Shown here piece after piece: positions 37,852 to 50,077 of a stretch of DNA of 64,000 nt. Where the stretch lies: assembly GCA_965204975.1 (NCBI GenBank), contig OZ242024.1:2059934-2123933 (forward strand). Reading direction: 5' to 3'. The position numbers were made by a program, and so were the translations under genes. Positions within the stretch are counted from its first letter, which is position 1. Each line of letters starts with the position of its first letter. The notes under the pieces were generated by a model. The model was not told the origin of the DNA. It made no database searches and was given only the letters and a program-made list of their open reading frames with translations. This DNA comes from Dehalococcoidia bacterium (GTDB lineage Bacteria > Chloroflexota > Dehalococcoidia > Lucifugimonadales > CAJWER01).

Positions 37852-38985
37852 ATGGTCAGGACCAACCGTATCTACGACAAGCTGGGGGTGCGCCCCGTAA
37901 TCAACGCCGGCGGCAATACCACCCTGTGGGGCGGCTCCACCCCGCCTGAGGAAGTGCGCCGGGTGATGAACGACGCCGACGCCAGCTACGTCGAGATGCA
38001 GGAGCTGCTCGACCGCTCCGGTGACTACCTTGCCGAGACCCTGGGCGTGGAGGGCGCGCACATCACGTCCGGCTGCTTCGCCGCCCTGGTGCTGAGCACC
38101 GCCGCCTGCCTGACCCAGGGAGACATGGAGCGCACCGCGCGTCTTCCCGAGACTGACGGGCGCAACGAGATCATCGCCCTCAAGAGCCTCCGCTACGCCT
38201 ACCGCAGGAGCCACAGCGTGCCCGGCGGCCGCATAGTGGAGGCGGGCGACGAGGATGGCTGCACCGCCCAGCAGCTCGCCGACACCATCGGCCCGAACAC
38301 CGCCGCCGTCACGTACATCATGCAGCCCGGCACCTACGACAGCACCCTGTCCCTCGACGAGGCCGCAGCGGTCGCCCACGACCACGGGGTGCCGATAATC
38401 GTCGACGCGGCGTCGCAGATCTACCCGCTCGACCACTTCCGGCGCACGGCGCAGGCGGGCGACCTGGTGTGCTTCGGGGCGAAGTACGTCGGCGCTCCCC
38501 ACTCCACGGGCTTCCTCTGCGGCAAGAAGGAGCTGGTCGACGCCGCGGCGCTCCAGGGCTTCATCGGCTTTGAGGCCAGCAAGGGCAACTCGGTCGGGCG
38601 GGGCTACAAGGTCGACCGCCAGGACATCGTCGGCGTCGTCGCGGCCATGGAGCGCTGGTTCTCCATCGACCACGAGGCGCGCCTGATACACATGGGCGAG
38701 AGGCTGGAGACTATGGTCAGGGCCGTTGAAGGCATCCCCGGTGTGAACGCCCGGATCTCCGACTTCCCCGGATACGTCCAGAAGGAAGTGCTGGTGACGA
38801 TCGACGCCGACACCACCGGTAAGGACGCGTACTGCGTGGAGGCAGAGTTGCGCGAGGGCAACCCGAGGATCAGGACCAGGGGCGTGCTGTTCGGCGACGA
38901 CACCATTTCAATCACCGCAAACACCTTAGCCGATGGCGAGGAGCAGATAATCGCGGACAGGCTCAGAGAGGTGCTCGGAGCCTAG
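37852..38985 (+). CDS. SelA-like/DgaE-like PLP-dependent enzyme, copy 1
   Basis: VINAGGNTTLWGGS and FGAKYVGAPHSTGFLCGKKELV (putative PLP Lys). 377 aa, which is too short for a true selenocysteine synthase. Confidence 0.8.
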   Translation: MVRTNRIYDKLGVRPVINAGGNTTLWGGSTPPEEVRRVMNDADASYVEMQELLDRSGDYLAETLGVEGAHITSGCFAALVLSTAACLTQGDMERTARLPETDGRNEIIALKSLRYAYRRSHSVPGGRIVEAGDEDGCTAQQLADTIGPNTAAVTYIMQPGTYDSTLSLDEAAAVAHDHGVPIIVDAASQIYPLDHFRRTAQAGDLVCFGAKYVGAPHSTGFLCGKKELVDAAALQGFIGFEASKGNSVGRGYKVDRQDIVGVVAAMERWFSIDHEARLIHMGERLETMVRAVEGIPGVNARISDFPGYVQKEVLVTIDADTTGKDAYCVEAELREGNPRIRTRGVLFGDDTISITANTLADGEEQIIADRLREVLGA

Positions 38986-39005
38986 CTACCCGGCGGTTGG
39001 CTCCG

Positions 39006-39044
39006 GTCCCTTCTCCCCATGCGGGAGAAGGTTAGGATGAGGGG
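39006..39044. repeat. Family B hairpin repeat
   Basis: gtcccttctccccatgcgggagaaggttaggatgagggg. It contains the spurious upstream ATG of the track ORF. Confidence 0.85.
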
Positions 39045-39075
39045 ACCCCCAAGAGGGCCAGTTCAAGGAGGCAAC

Positions 39076-40209
39076 ATGGCAGCAACAGGGGCCGACATAT
39101 ACGCGAAGATAGGCGCGCGGGCCGTCATAAACGCCCAGGGCAACCGCACCGTGCTCGGTGGATCCGCCACCGTTCCGGAGGTCACCGAAGCGATGGCCGC
39201 CGTCAACGACACCTACATCGAGATGGCTGAGCTGCTCGCCCGGTCCGGCGAGTACATCGCCGACCTGCTGGACGTCGAGGCGGCATACGTCACGTCCGGC
39301 TGCTCGGCGGCCCTTGCCTTCAGCGCGGCCGCCTGCATGACCGGCCGCGACGTCGAGAAGATAGCCCAGATACCCGACACGACCGGCATGAAGAGCGAGA
39401 TCATAATCCAGAAGGCGCAGCGCTACAGTTACGACCGCAGCTTCACCGTCCCCGGCGCGAAGCTGGTCGAGGTCGGCGACGAGGATGGGTGCTCGCGGGA
39501 GCAGCTCGAGGCGATCATCGGGGGCAACACCGCCGCCGTGGCGTACCTGATCCGGCCGGGTGACCCAGACTCGGTGCTGACCCTGGAGCAGACCGTCGAG
39601 ATTGCCCATGACGCGGGAGTGCCAGTTATAGCCGACGCCGCCGCACAGATCTACCCGCTCGACTACTTCCGGCGCAACGCTCAGGCCGCCGACATCGCCT
39701 GCTTCGGCGCGAAGTACATGGGCGCGCCCCAGTCATCCGGCTTCCTGTGCGGAAAGAAGGAGCTCGTGGACGCAGCGTCCGACCAGGGCTTCATCGCCTT
39801 CCAGGAGAACGGCGGCGCATCCTTCGGCCGCCCCATGAAGCTGGACAAGCAGGAGGTCGTGGGCGTCGTTACCGCCGTCGAGCGGTGGCTGACCATCAAC
39901 CACGAGGACCGGCTGCTGGTGTTCGAGGAGCGCCTCGAGAGCATGCAGCAGGAGCTTGGCGCGACCCCGGGCGTAAAGGCCGGGATCGAGAAGGTGCCCC
40001 AGTACTACGGCTCTCACCTCAGCGTCACGATTGACGCCGACGTCGTCGGCAAGACGGCCCAGGACATAGCTGACGAGCTCGACTCGGGCAACCCGCGCAT
40101 CGCTGTCTCAGTGGTCGACGACCGGACGCTCACCGCCACCTCCCACGCCCTCAACGAAGGCGAGGAGCTCCTAGTAGCCGAGCGCATACGCAACGCCGCC
40201 GGCGGGTAG
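39076..40209 (+). CDS. SelA-like/DgaE-like PLP-dependent enzyme, copy 2 (tandem paralog)
   Basis: Colinear with copy 1 (VINAQGNRTVLGGS, FGAKYMGAPQSSGFLCGKKELV). AAGGAGG lies before ATG 39076. Confidence 0.8.
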   Translation: MAATGADIYAKIGARAVINAQGNRTVLGGSATVPEVTEAMAAVNDTYIEMAELLARSGEYIADLLDVEAAYVTSGCSAALAFSAAACMTGRDVEKIAQIPDTTGMKSEIIIQKAQRYSYDRSFTVPGAKLVEVGDEDGCSREQLEAIIGGNTAAVAYLIRPGDPDSVLTLEQTVEIAHDAGVPVIADAAAQIYPLDYFRRNAQAADIACFGAKYMGAPQSSGFLCGKKELVDAASDQGFIAFQENGGASFGRPMKLDKQEVVGVVTAVERWLTINHEDRLLVFEERLESMQQELGATPGVKAGIEKVPQYYGSHLSVTIDADVVGKTAQDIADELDSGNPRIAVSVVDDRTLTATSHALNEGEELLVAERIRNAAGG

Positions 40210-40258
40210 GGTGGGAGGGCCTCTCCTTGACGAGATGCGACTCCCTCAGAATTCTAAC

Positions 40259-40283
40259 GGCCCCCGAAGTAGCTTCGGGGGCC
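40259..40283. terminator. Hairpin GGCCCCCGAAG-tag-CTTCGGGGGCC between convergent transcription units
   Basis: An 11-bp GC-rich stem. It lies downstream of both the SelA-like gene (+) and tRNA-fMet (-). Confidence 0.5.
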
Positions 40284-40296
40284 GTGTTGTATGCGA

Positions 40297-40371
40297 TGGT
40301 TGCGGGGGCCGGACTCGAACCGGCGACCTTTGGGTTATGAGCCCAACGAGCTGCCGCTGCTCCACCCCGCG
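40297..40371 (-). tRNA. Initiator tRNA-fMet (anticodon CAT), CCA encoded
   Basis: The reverse complement folds as a cloverleaf: CGCGGGG-TG-GAGC-AGCGGCA-GCTC-G-TTGGG-CTCATAA-CCCAA-AGGTC-GCCGG-TTCGAGT-CCGGC-CCCCGCA-ACCA. It shows the C1xA72 mismatch, A11:U24 and three G:C pairs closing the anticodon stem, which are the bacterial initiator hallmarks. Confidence 0.93.
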
Positions 40372-40380
40372 CCGTTGTTA

Positions 40381-40412
40381 CTGAATCCTGCGAATAGTTG
40401 AGCCTTGATGTG
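40381..40412 (-). other. 23S rRNA 3' trailer half of the processing stem
   Basis: In RNA sense the trailer CACATCAAGGCTCAACTA...CGCAGGATTCAG is complementary to the leader at 43525-43573. Confidence 0.7.
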
Positions 40413-43524
<3,112 letters not shown>

Positions 43525-43573
43525 CACATCAAGGATCAACTATTTGAATTCTTCAATTTCGCGCAGGATTCAG
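43525..43573 (-). other. 23S rRNA 5' leader half of the processing stem
   Basis: In RNA sense the leader CTGAATCCTGCG...TAGTTGATCCTTGATGTG pairs with the trailer at 40381-40412. Confidence 0.7.
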
Positions 43574-43713
43574 TTGTTAAAGTGCAGAATCGACGGTCAG
43601 CGGCCATCCCGCCGGGACGACTCCGCTTTCCGACGATCACTCATGCCGGTTGGCTGCTCGTCTACGCAGACGCTATGTGCGATGTGCGGACGCCACTGCC
43701 TCCGACGCAGGCC

Positions 43714-43741
43714 ATTATAGCATCCCCACCCTTCAGGTCAA
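43714..43741 (-). promoter_or_regulatory. Near-consensus sigma70 promoter of the 23S-tRNAfMet unit
   Basis: The minus strand reads TTGACC-16 nt-TATAAT (ccTTGACCtgaagggtggggatgcTATAATgg), about 180 nt upstream of the mature 23S 5' end. Confidence 0.6.
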
Positions 43742-43903
43742 GGGTTTGAGGCGGCTCTGCTTCCCGATGGGCCATCCCTGGGGCGCGCCATGTTGTACGT
43801 CAACGAAGCGTGTGGTAGCATCCGTGCCGCCTTCCCCGGGCGCTGCGCGTGACCCTGGCGAGACCTGCGCAGCCGGAGCGGGCTGGCTTCAAGGAGGCGC
43901 AAA

Positions 43904-44995
43904 TTGAAGAGGTACAGAGCGGCCGTCGTCGGCTGCAGCCGCATAGGCGGATTCATAGACAACGAGGTGGTCGGCTCCCCTTCCAGGTTGCCCGCGTCTC
44001 ACGCGGCGGCCTTCGAGGCCCACGAACGCGTCGACCTCGTCGCGTGCTCGGACCTGCGCGAGGACGTGATGGAGATGTTCGGCGAGCGCTACGACGTCCC
44101 CAAGGAGCGCCAGTACACCGACTACAAGGCCATGGTCGCTCGGGAGGGGCTGGACATCGTCAGCGTGGCCACCCAGCCGGAGCCCAGGGCCGAGATCACC
44201 GTGTGGCTCGCGAATAACGGCATCAAGGCCATTTATGCCGAGAAGGCCATGGCGGCTTCGATGGCCGAGGCCGACGCGATGGTCGAGGCGTGCGACGCCA
44301 ACGGCGTCCTGTTCAACCTGGGCACCAACAGGCGCTGGAGCCCCCGGTACGACGCCATGAAGGCCGTGATCGACGGCGGGGAGCTGGGACGGCTCACCAC
44401 CCTGATCAGCTACTCCTTCGGGACCCTATTCAACACGTCGAGCCACTGGCTCGACCTCCTGCTCAGGCTCAACAGCGACCACAAGGCCCTCTGGGTGCAG
44501 GGCAGCCTACTGGACGACGACATCATCGAGGGCACGCGGTTGAAGGAAGACCCGCGGGCCCAGGGCATCGTCGAGTTCGAGAACGGCGTTACCGCCTACT
44601 GCCTGCAGACAGGCAGGGGAAGCGAGCATGAGGCCGTCCTGGAGGGCGGCGCGATTACCGCGCTGTCGGACGGGATCGAGTGGTTCGTACGCAAGGAGGG
44701 CCCGAAGGACGCGATGGGCCGGGCGGGGCCGCTGGTGGCGGCTGACGCACCGCAGTTCGTCGACGCGAGCTCGGCCCTGGGCATAGTCGACGACCTCGTG
44801 ACCTCCCTGGACTCAGGCGAGCCGCCGCGCGGCGGCGTCAGGGTCGCGCATCAGAGCACCGAGATCATCTTCGCCTTCATCGAGTCGCACCAGCGTGGAG
44901 GCGCGAGGGTGGACCTGCCGCTCGTCGGCAGCCGCTACCAGCTTAAGCGCGACCGCGCCCCCCGCCAGCCAAGGTACGAGCCGATCTCGCCATAG
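43904..44995 (+). CDS. Gfo/Idh/MocA family oxidoreductase
   Basis: TTG start with AAGGAGG 8 nt upstream. Rossmann motif YRAAVVGCSRIGG. 363 aa. Confidence 0.88.
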   Translation: MKRYRAAVVGCSRIGGFIDNEVVGSPSRLPASHAAAFEAHERVDLVACSDLREDVMEMFGERYDVPKERQYTDYKAMVAREGLDIVSVATQPEPRAEITVWLANNGIKAIYAEKAMAASMAEADAMVEACDANGVLFNLGTNRRWSPRYDAMKAVIDGGELGRLTTLISYSFGTLFNTSSHWLDLLLRLNSDHKALWVQGSLLDDDIIEGTRLKEDPRAQGIVEFENGVTAYCLQTGRGSEHEAVLEGGAITALSDGIEWFVRKEGPKDAMGRAGPLVAADAPQFVDASSALGIVDDLVTSLDSGEPPRGGVRVAHQSTEIIFAFIESHQRGGARVDLPLVGSRYQLKRDRAPRQPRYEPISP

Positions 44996-45028
44996 CCTGA
45001 TTCCGGCACTGCTATTGAAACAGTGCAC

Positions 45029-45048
45029 GGCCACCCGTCATGTCGTCC
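45029..45048. repeat. Family E repeat GGCCACCCGTCATGTCGTCC
   Basis: The exact reverse-complement 20-mer occurs at 63433-63452. Confidence 0.8.
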
Positions 45049-45217
45049 CGAGCCCCGAGGGACCTGAGGTGGGGTCGGCTGCGGCCTTGCCCAGGAGACG
45101 ACGCCACTTTCAGTCTCTTGTGGCCTTCGCAGGGCCACGGTGATTCCGTCGAAAGCCGGATTCCTGCCCTAGGAGCCGTCCCCATCCAGACCCTCTGAAC
45201 GAGGGAGGTTACGGCCC

Positions 45218-46552
45218 TTAGGTCACGAACCGCCTGAAGGGCTCGCGCCGCGGGTCCACCTCGAGCAGGTCGTCCAGCTCGCCCTCGACGGCCCGGTTGA
45301 TCACCCTGAATGTGTCCTCGGCCGCCTCGGCGGTCTGCTGGATGTCCTCGTCCGTGTGGGCCAGCGTCGGCATGAACCCGGTGAACGAGTGGATGCCCCG
45401 CCGGGCCATCTCCTGCACGAACAGCGTGTTGACCTTCGGCCGCATCGACTCGTCCGGCAGGTCGAAGTTCAAGGCGCACCTGAAGTGCCAGCCCGAGACC
45501 GATGCCGCCACGCCCGAAGAGTCGACCGCGCCCTGCATCGCCGCCCGCATCTTCTCGCCGATCATCTCGAACTGCGTGGGCGAGTCGACGCGCCTCAGCT
45601 CGTTGATGGTCGCCAGCGATGCCGCCAGGCCCACGTTGTCGCTCCAGTACGAGCTGGATATGAACATCCTGGCAGCCAGCTCCATCGAGTCGCGGGAGCC
45701 TACGACGACGCCCATCGCGTAGCCGTTGCTCATCGACTTGGCGAATACGGACATGTCGGGCGTGACGCCGGTGTACTCCTGGATGCCGCCGATGCGCGTC
45801 CTCCAGCCGCACGACACCTCGTCGAATATCAGCAGCGCGTCGTTGGCCCGCACTATCTCCTTCACGCCCTCCAAGTATCCCTTGGGCGGATCGTCCGAGC
45901 GGAGCGGCTCCATCATCACCGCCGCCACCTCGCCCTTGTTCTCGGCGAACATCTTCTCGAGGTTCTCCAGGTCGCCGTAGTTGAAGGGCAGAGCTGTGCC
46001 GGCGAGGACCTTCGGCACGCCGATGGGCTCTATGCCCGTTATCGGGTACTCGCCCGTCTCCGGGTCCGCCAGGTAGTTCACGGACTGGTACCAGTCGTGC
46101 CAGCCATGGTAGCCGGAGAACAGGATCTTGTCCTTGCCAGTGGTGCCGCGCGCGATCTTCACGGCGACGGCACACGCCTCGCCGCCGCCCTTGCAGTAGC
46201 GGACCATCTCCGCGCTGGGGATCGTGTCGATGAGTAGCTCCGCCAGCTCGATCTCCTGGGGGCTGTTGACCGTGTACAGGCTCCCCCTGTCGATCTGCTC
46301 CTTGACCGCGCCGTCCACCGTGTCGTCCGCGTGGCCCAGGATGACCGCGCTCACGCAGTTCACCCAGTCGATGTACTCGTTGCCGTCCACGTCGACGAAG
46401 CGGGAGCCCTTGGCGCTCTGCGCGTAGACCGGGCTGACGCCCTGGGCAAACTGGCTGGCGCGCCGGCTCACGAGCTGGGTCTTCCCCGGGATGATCTCTC
46501 CCGCCCGGTCGTACAGCTCCATCGAGTTCCTGACTCTATCGTCGACTACCAT
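45218..46552 (-). CDS. Class III PLP aminotransferase (glutamate-1-semialdehyde aminomutase-like)
   Basis: SGYHGWHDW, FDEVSCGWR, FAKSMSNG (PLP Lys region). 444 aa. Confidence 0.9.
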   Translation of the reverse strand: MVVDDRVRNSMELYDRAGEIIPGKTQLVSRRASQFAQGVSPVYAQSAKGSRFVDVDGNEYIDWVNCVSAVILGHADDTVDGAVKEQIDRGSLYTVNSPQEIELAELLIDTIPSAEMVRYCKGGGEACAVAVKIARGTTGKDKILFSGYHGWHDWYQSVNYLADPETGEYPITGIEPIGVPKVLAGTALPFNYGDLENLEKMFAENKGEVAAVMMEPLRSDDPPKGYLEGVKEIVRANDALLIFDEVSCGWRTRIGGIQEYTGVTPDMSVFAKSMSNGYAMGVVVGSRDSMELAARMFISSSYWSDNVGLAASLATINELRRVDSPTQFEMIGEKMRAAMQGAVDSSGVAASVSGWHFRCALNFDLPDESMRPKVNTLFVQEMARRGIHSFTGFMPTLAHTDEDIQQTAEAAEDTFRVINRAVEGELDDLLEVDPRREPFRRFVT

Positions 46553-46610
46553 GGCTTATCTCCTGTGTTTGCTGGCATGAGTCTACATCGCGGCTGGCCG
46601 CAGGGACAAA

Positions 46611-47981
46611 TCAGCTGCGTCTACGGCGGCCGGGCACGGGCCGCATCTTCTCCCGGTAGTCGGGCGCCTCGACCCGTACGAGTGTAGACAGCGACGGGTC
46701 CAGGATGCGGGAGATGACGGGGTCTCGCTCTTCCGAGAACTCCCGCATGCTGGTGATCACCGTGGGAAGCCTGACGTTGTGGCGGTGCACGATGATCTGG
46801 TAGAGCTTCTCCACCGCCCATTCGCTTCGGCGCTCCTTGCCGAAGTCGTCGAGGACCAGCAGCGGGGCCGTCCTGACCTCCTCGAAGACGCGGTCGTACC
46901 GAACGGGACTCTCGGGGTCGAACGTGTCGCGAAGGTAGTCCATGAGGTCCGGCACGAAGGAGAAGATGACGCGCTGGCCCCGTTCGATCTGCCTCGCGGC
47001 AATGGCTACGGCGAGATGGGTCTTCCCCACGCCGGTATCTCCCGTGAGTATGAGCCAGCCTTCGGGGCTCTCTGCGAACGAGGACGCGGCCTGGAACGCT
47101 GCGTCCAGGCTGGCACGCTCGCTGGCGCTGGGATTGTTGCCCCTTGTGTCGAACGAATCGAACGACATGCGCTCCAGCATCTGTGGGTCGATACCCCCCA
47201 GCGGCGCGTCCGAGCGCTCTCGCTCCGCCTCGATCTCCACCACGCGGCTCAGGCCCGGCGACCGCAGCCGGGTCGACAGATAGGGGTCCAGCTCGTCCAG
47301 CGAGGCCGCTGATGTGACTACGGTGGGCAGGGCTGCGTTGTACCGGTGATTGATGATCTGCCCCAGCTTCTCCTCGGCCCAGGGGGTCGTGCTGTGGCTC
47401 CCCAGCCCGTCCAGGACCAGGATGGGTGTCGACTTCACCTGCTCGAACAGATCGCTGTAGGCGATGTCGCTTGCGGGGCTGAAGGTCGCGCGAAGGTGGT
47501 CGAGCAGGTCGGGAACGTGGGAGAAGAAGACGACGTGTCCGCGGTCGATGCAGCGGTTGGCAACGGCCGCGGCAAGGATGGTCTTGCCCGAGCCGTGGGG
47601 TCCCAGGATCTCCAGCCAGCCCTCGGGCGCCTCAGCGAAGTCCCTTGCGGCCGCATAAGCTCTCCGGTAGCTGTCGCTAGTGCCGGCCAGCCTCTCGCTG
47701 CTTTCGGGCTCGACCGTCTCGAAGGTGAAGCGTGCCAGGCTCCCCAGGTTGCTGTACTTGAGCAGGCGCGAGTACGCTTCCTCCTCGCGGTCGCCCTGCC
47801 GGCAGGAGCAGGCGATCATACGACCGAAGTCGGGGTCGCCCACCGCTGCTTCGACTGTGAGCCACCCCCGGCCGCCGCATCGCTCGCAGGCGTCCCCCTC
47901 TTCCTGGTCCGGCAAGGAAGTCTTATCCCCTGAAGAACTCCCTATAGCTAAGCGCTCTAGTATCTCGCCCAGATTCTCCAT
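46611..47981 (-). CDS. Tandem-duplicated DnaC/DnaI-like AAA+ helicase-loader protein with N-terminal zinc ribbon
   Basis: CERCGGRGW...CSC at the N-terminus. Module 1 has GPHGSGKT and ILVLDGLG. Module 2 has GDTGVGKT and LLVLDDFGKE. Both are followed by the loader-type HRYN/HRHN...LPTVITS box. Confidence 0.85.
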   Translation of the reverse strand: MENLGEILERLAIGSSSGDKTSLPDQEEGDACERCGGRGWLTVEAAVGDPDFGRMIACSCRQGDREEEAYSRLLKYSNLGSLARFTFETVEPESSERLAGTSDSYRRAYAAARDFAEAPEGWLEILGPHGSGKTILAAAVANRCIDRGHVVFFSHVPDLLDHLRATFSPASDIAYSDLFEQVKSTPILVLDGLGSHSTTPWAEEKLGQIINHRYNAALPTVVTSAASLDELDPYLSTRLRSPGLSRVVEIEAERERSDAPLGGIDPQMLERMSFDSFDTRGNNPSASERASLDAAFQAASSFAESPEGWLILTGDTGVGKTHLAVAIAARQIERGQRVIFSFVPDLMDYLRDTFDPESPVRYDRVFEEVRTAPLLVLDDFGKERRSEWAVEKLYQIIVHRHNVRLPTVITSMREFSEERDPVISRILDPSLSTLVRVEAPDYREKMRPVPGRRRRS

Positions 47982-48603
47982 CGCCTCTCCCCTCGCGTTC
48001 CCATCGCTCGAGCACGGCGGACACGTACCGCCAGCTCCGCTTGTTGCTCTTGACGGCCTCCCTGAACGCGTCCTCGATCCAGTCCTGCGGGTACCTCTCC
48101 TCCGCGTCCTTGAGCTCCTCGGCGATCATGGGATTCAGCATCCCTATGTTGTCCTCGTAGACCGCGAACACGTTGGGTCGCTCGAACGGCCCATCGAATG
48201 GCTCGGGCTCGTCCGCAGGCTCCAGGCCGTCGCTGACGTCCCGCTGCTCCGCAGCCCTGCGGTTGGGCTCCGTGTTCAGCATATAGGCCCTGCCATCTCC
48301 GCCGCTCTGTCCCTGGCGGGTCCGTATGAAGGCGCCCCGCTTGACTGCGAGACGCACGCCTCTCTCGACCGCGGCCCGCGGCCCGGCCTTGTCCGCCGCC
48401 AGTCCCTTCGCGAGCACGGGGTCGGCCAGCAGCTCGCCGTGGGAGACGCTGCGGGGGAAGCCCTTCTTCTCGTGCAGCAGCTTGACGAGCCTGAGGGTGC
48501 ACTTCAACTCGGCGATGTCGTCGATCTGTTCCAGGAGGGGTCCGAGCAGCGGGTTGGGAACGGGCGTCGACCGGACCCTGGAAGGAAAGCCCCCGCTCGC
48601 CAT
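47923..48603 (-). CDS. DnaD-domain replication protein
   Basis: C-terminus NIGMLNPMIAEELKDAEERYPQDWIEDAFREAVKSNKRSWRYVSAVLERWEREG is DnaD-domain-like. ATG 48603 lies 2 nt after the dnaB stop. Confidence 0.78.
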   Translation of the reverse strand: MASGGFPSRVRSTPVPNPLLGPLLEQIDDIAELKCTLRLVKLLHEKKGFPRSVSHGELLADPVLAKGLAADKAGPRAAVERGVRLAVKRGAFIRTRQGQSGGDGRAYMLNTEPNRRAAEQRDVSDGLEPADEPEPFDGPFERPNVFAVYEDNIGMLNPMIAEELKDAEERYPQDWIEDAFREAVKSNKRSWRYVSAVLERWEREGRGDGESGRDTRALSYREFFRG

Positions 48604-48605
48604 GA

Positions 48606-49985
48606 CTAGGCGAACTCCGGCGCGGCGACCGACTGGTCGAGGTTCTCGAATCTCACGACGTCCTTGCGGAAGTAGAGGGGCACGTTGCCGGTGGGGCCGT
48701 TCCGGTGCTTTGCGACGATGATCTCCGCCACGCTGTCGGGGTACTGCTCCGTGGGGTTGGTGCGCTCCCACTCCTCCCGGCTGGTGTACACGTCCTCCCG
48801 GTATATGAAGGCGACAACGTCCGCGTCCTGCTCGATGCTGCCGCTCTCCCTGAGGTCCGACAGGATGGGCCGGTGCGAGGGCCTTTGCTCCGGCGCCCTG
48901 CTGAGCTGTGAGCAGGCGACCACGGGTATGTCCAGGTCGCGGGCCATGCCCTTCAGCGAGCGCGAGAACTCGCCCATCTCCTGCACCCGGTTGTCCGAGC
49001 GTCCGGAGGCTGACGACATGAGCTGCAGGTAGTCGACGACCAGCAGGTCAAGGCCGCGCTCGGCCTGCAGGCGTCTCGACTTGCCTCGCATCTCCACGAT
49101 GCCCTGTATGGGAGTGTCGTCGATGTAGATGGGGAGCTCCGAGAGCAGGCCTATGGCGTCCAGGACGCGGCTCTGTTCGGCGTCGCTCAGGAGCCCTATC
49201 CTGAGCCTGTGGCTGTCGACGTTGGCCTCCCCGGAGAGCAGGCGCACGGCGATCTGCTCCGCGCTCATCTCAAGGCTGAAGATCCCGACCCTGGCGTCCT
49301 GCTCCGCGGCGTGGCGGGCTATGTTGAACGCCAGCGTGCTCTTGCCGAGGCTGGGGCGGGCCGCGACGACGACCATGTCCGAGCGTTGCAGCCCGTTGCC
49401 CAGCAGCTCGTCGATCTGCGTGAACCCGGTGGGTATGGGCGCGAGGTTCCGGCCCTGGTCCAGCTCGAGGGCCTGGGTGTCCTCCATGTACACGTCCAGC
49501 ACCTCGCGGAGGTGCCTGAAGTCGCGCGTGCCGCGCCCGGTACGGACCTCGAAGAGCATATCCTCGGCCCGGTCGAGCGCGCCCTCCACGTCGGAGCCGC
49601 CGTCGTACCCGATGTCGGCAATGTTCCGCGCGGCGGTGATGAGCTGGCGCATCACCGAGCTGCGTTGGACGATGCGGCCGTAGTGCTCGAGATGGACGGA
49701 TGTGGGGGTGGATTCCACCGCATGGGCGAGGTAGGGCGCGCCGCCCGCGTCTTCCAGGCGGCCCAGGGCGTGAAGCTCGTGGGCGACCGACACTTGGTTG
49801 ATCGCCTCGTCGCGATCGAACAGCGCGAGGCATGCCTCGAAGCACCAGCGGTTGCGGCCGATGTAGAAGTCGGACGCCTTCAGGAAGTGGGTGACCTTGG
49901 TGATCGACTCCGGGTCGACGAGGATCGAGCCGATGACGGCTTCCTCGGCGTCGGGGTCGTGAGGCAGAAGACGGTCTACGTACAA
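48606..49985 (-). CDS. dnaB: Replicative DNA helicase
   Basis: N-terminus PHDPDAEEAVIGSIL. Walker A ARPSLGKST, Walker B LLVVDYLQLM, SQLSRAPEQR, IEQDADVV. No intein. Confidence 0.97.
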   Translation of the reverse strand: MYVDRLLPHDPDAEEAVIGSILVDPESITKVTHFLKASDFYIGRNRWCFEACLALFDRDEAINQVSVAHELHALGRLEDAGGAPYLAHAVESTPTSVHLEHYGRIVQRSSVMRQLITAARNIADIGYDGGSDVEGALDRAEDMLFEVRTGRGTRDFRHLREVLDVYMEDTQALELDQGRNLAPIPTGFTQIDELLGNGLQRSDMVVVAARPSLGKSTLAFNIARHAAEQDARVGIFSLEMSAEQIAVRLLSGEANVDSHRLRIGLLSDAEQSRVLDAIGLLSELPIYIDDTPIQGIVEMRGKSRRLQAERGLDLLVVDYLQLMSSASGRSDNRVQEMGEFSRSLKGMARDLDIPVVACSQLSRAPEQRPSHRPILSDLRESGSIEQDADVVAFIYREDVYTSREEWERTNPTEQYPDSVAEIIVAKHRNGPTGNVPLYFRKDVVRFENLDQSVAAPEFA

Positions 49986-50041
49986 TGCGGCCCCCAGCGG
50001 CTAATGCCAGTTCGTTGTGGCTACGCCGTGTTCACCACGAC

Positions 50042-50067
50042 GTAGGGGCGGGTTTGAAACCCGCCCT
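50042..50067. repeat. Family A hairpin repeat inside the rplI-dnaB spacer
   Basis: gtaggggcgggtttgaaacccgccct. Confidence 0.85.
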
Positions 50068-50077
50068 GTCCCGGCGG

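Noticed and set aside
37852-40209. True selenocysteine synthase (SelA) and a selenoprotein system
   Set aside because: Both proteins are ~377 aa and lack the N-terminal tRNA-binding domain. They occur as tandem paralogs in a catabolic-looking cluster. No selB, selD or tRNA-Sec lies nearby.
40210-40296. 5S rRNA expected downstream of 23S
   Set aside because: The available space is 87 nt and consists of a hairpin plus unstructured sequence. No CCGAAC or GTGAAAC 5S core motifs are present.
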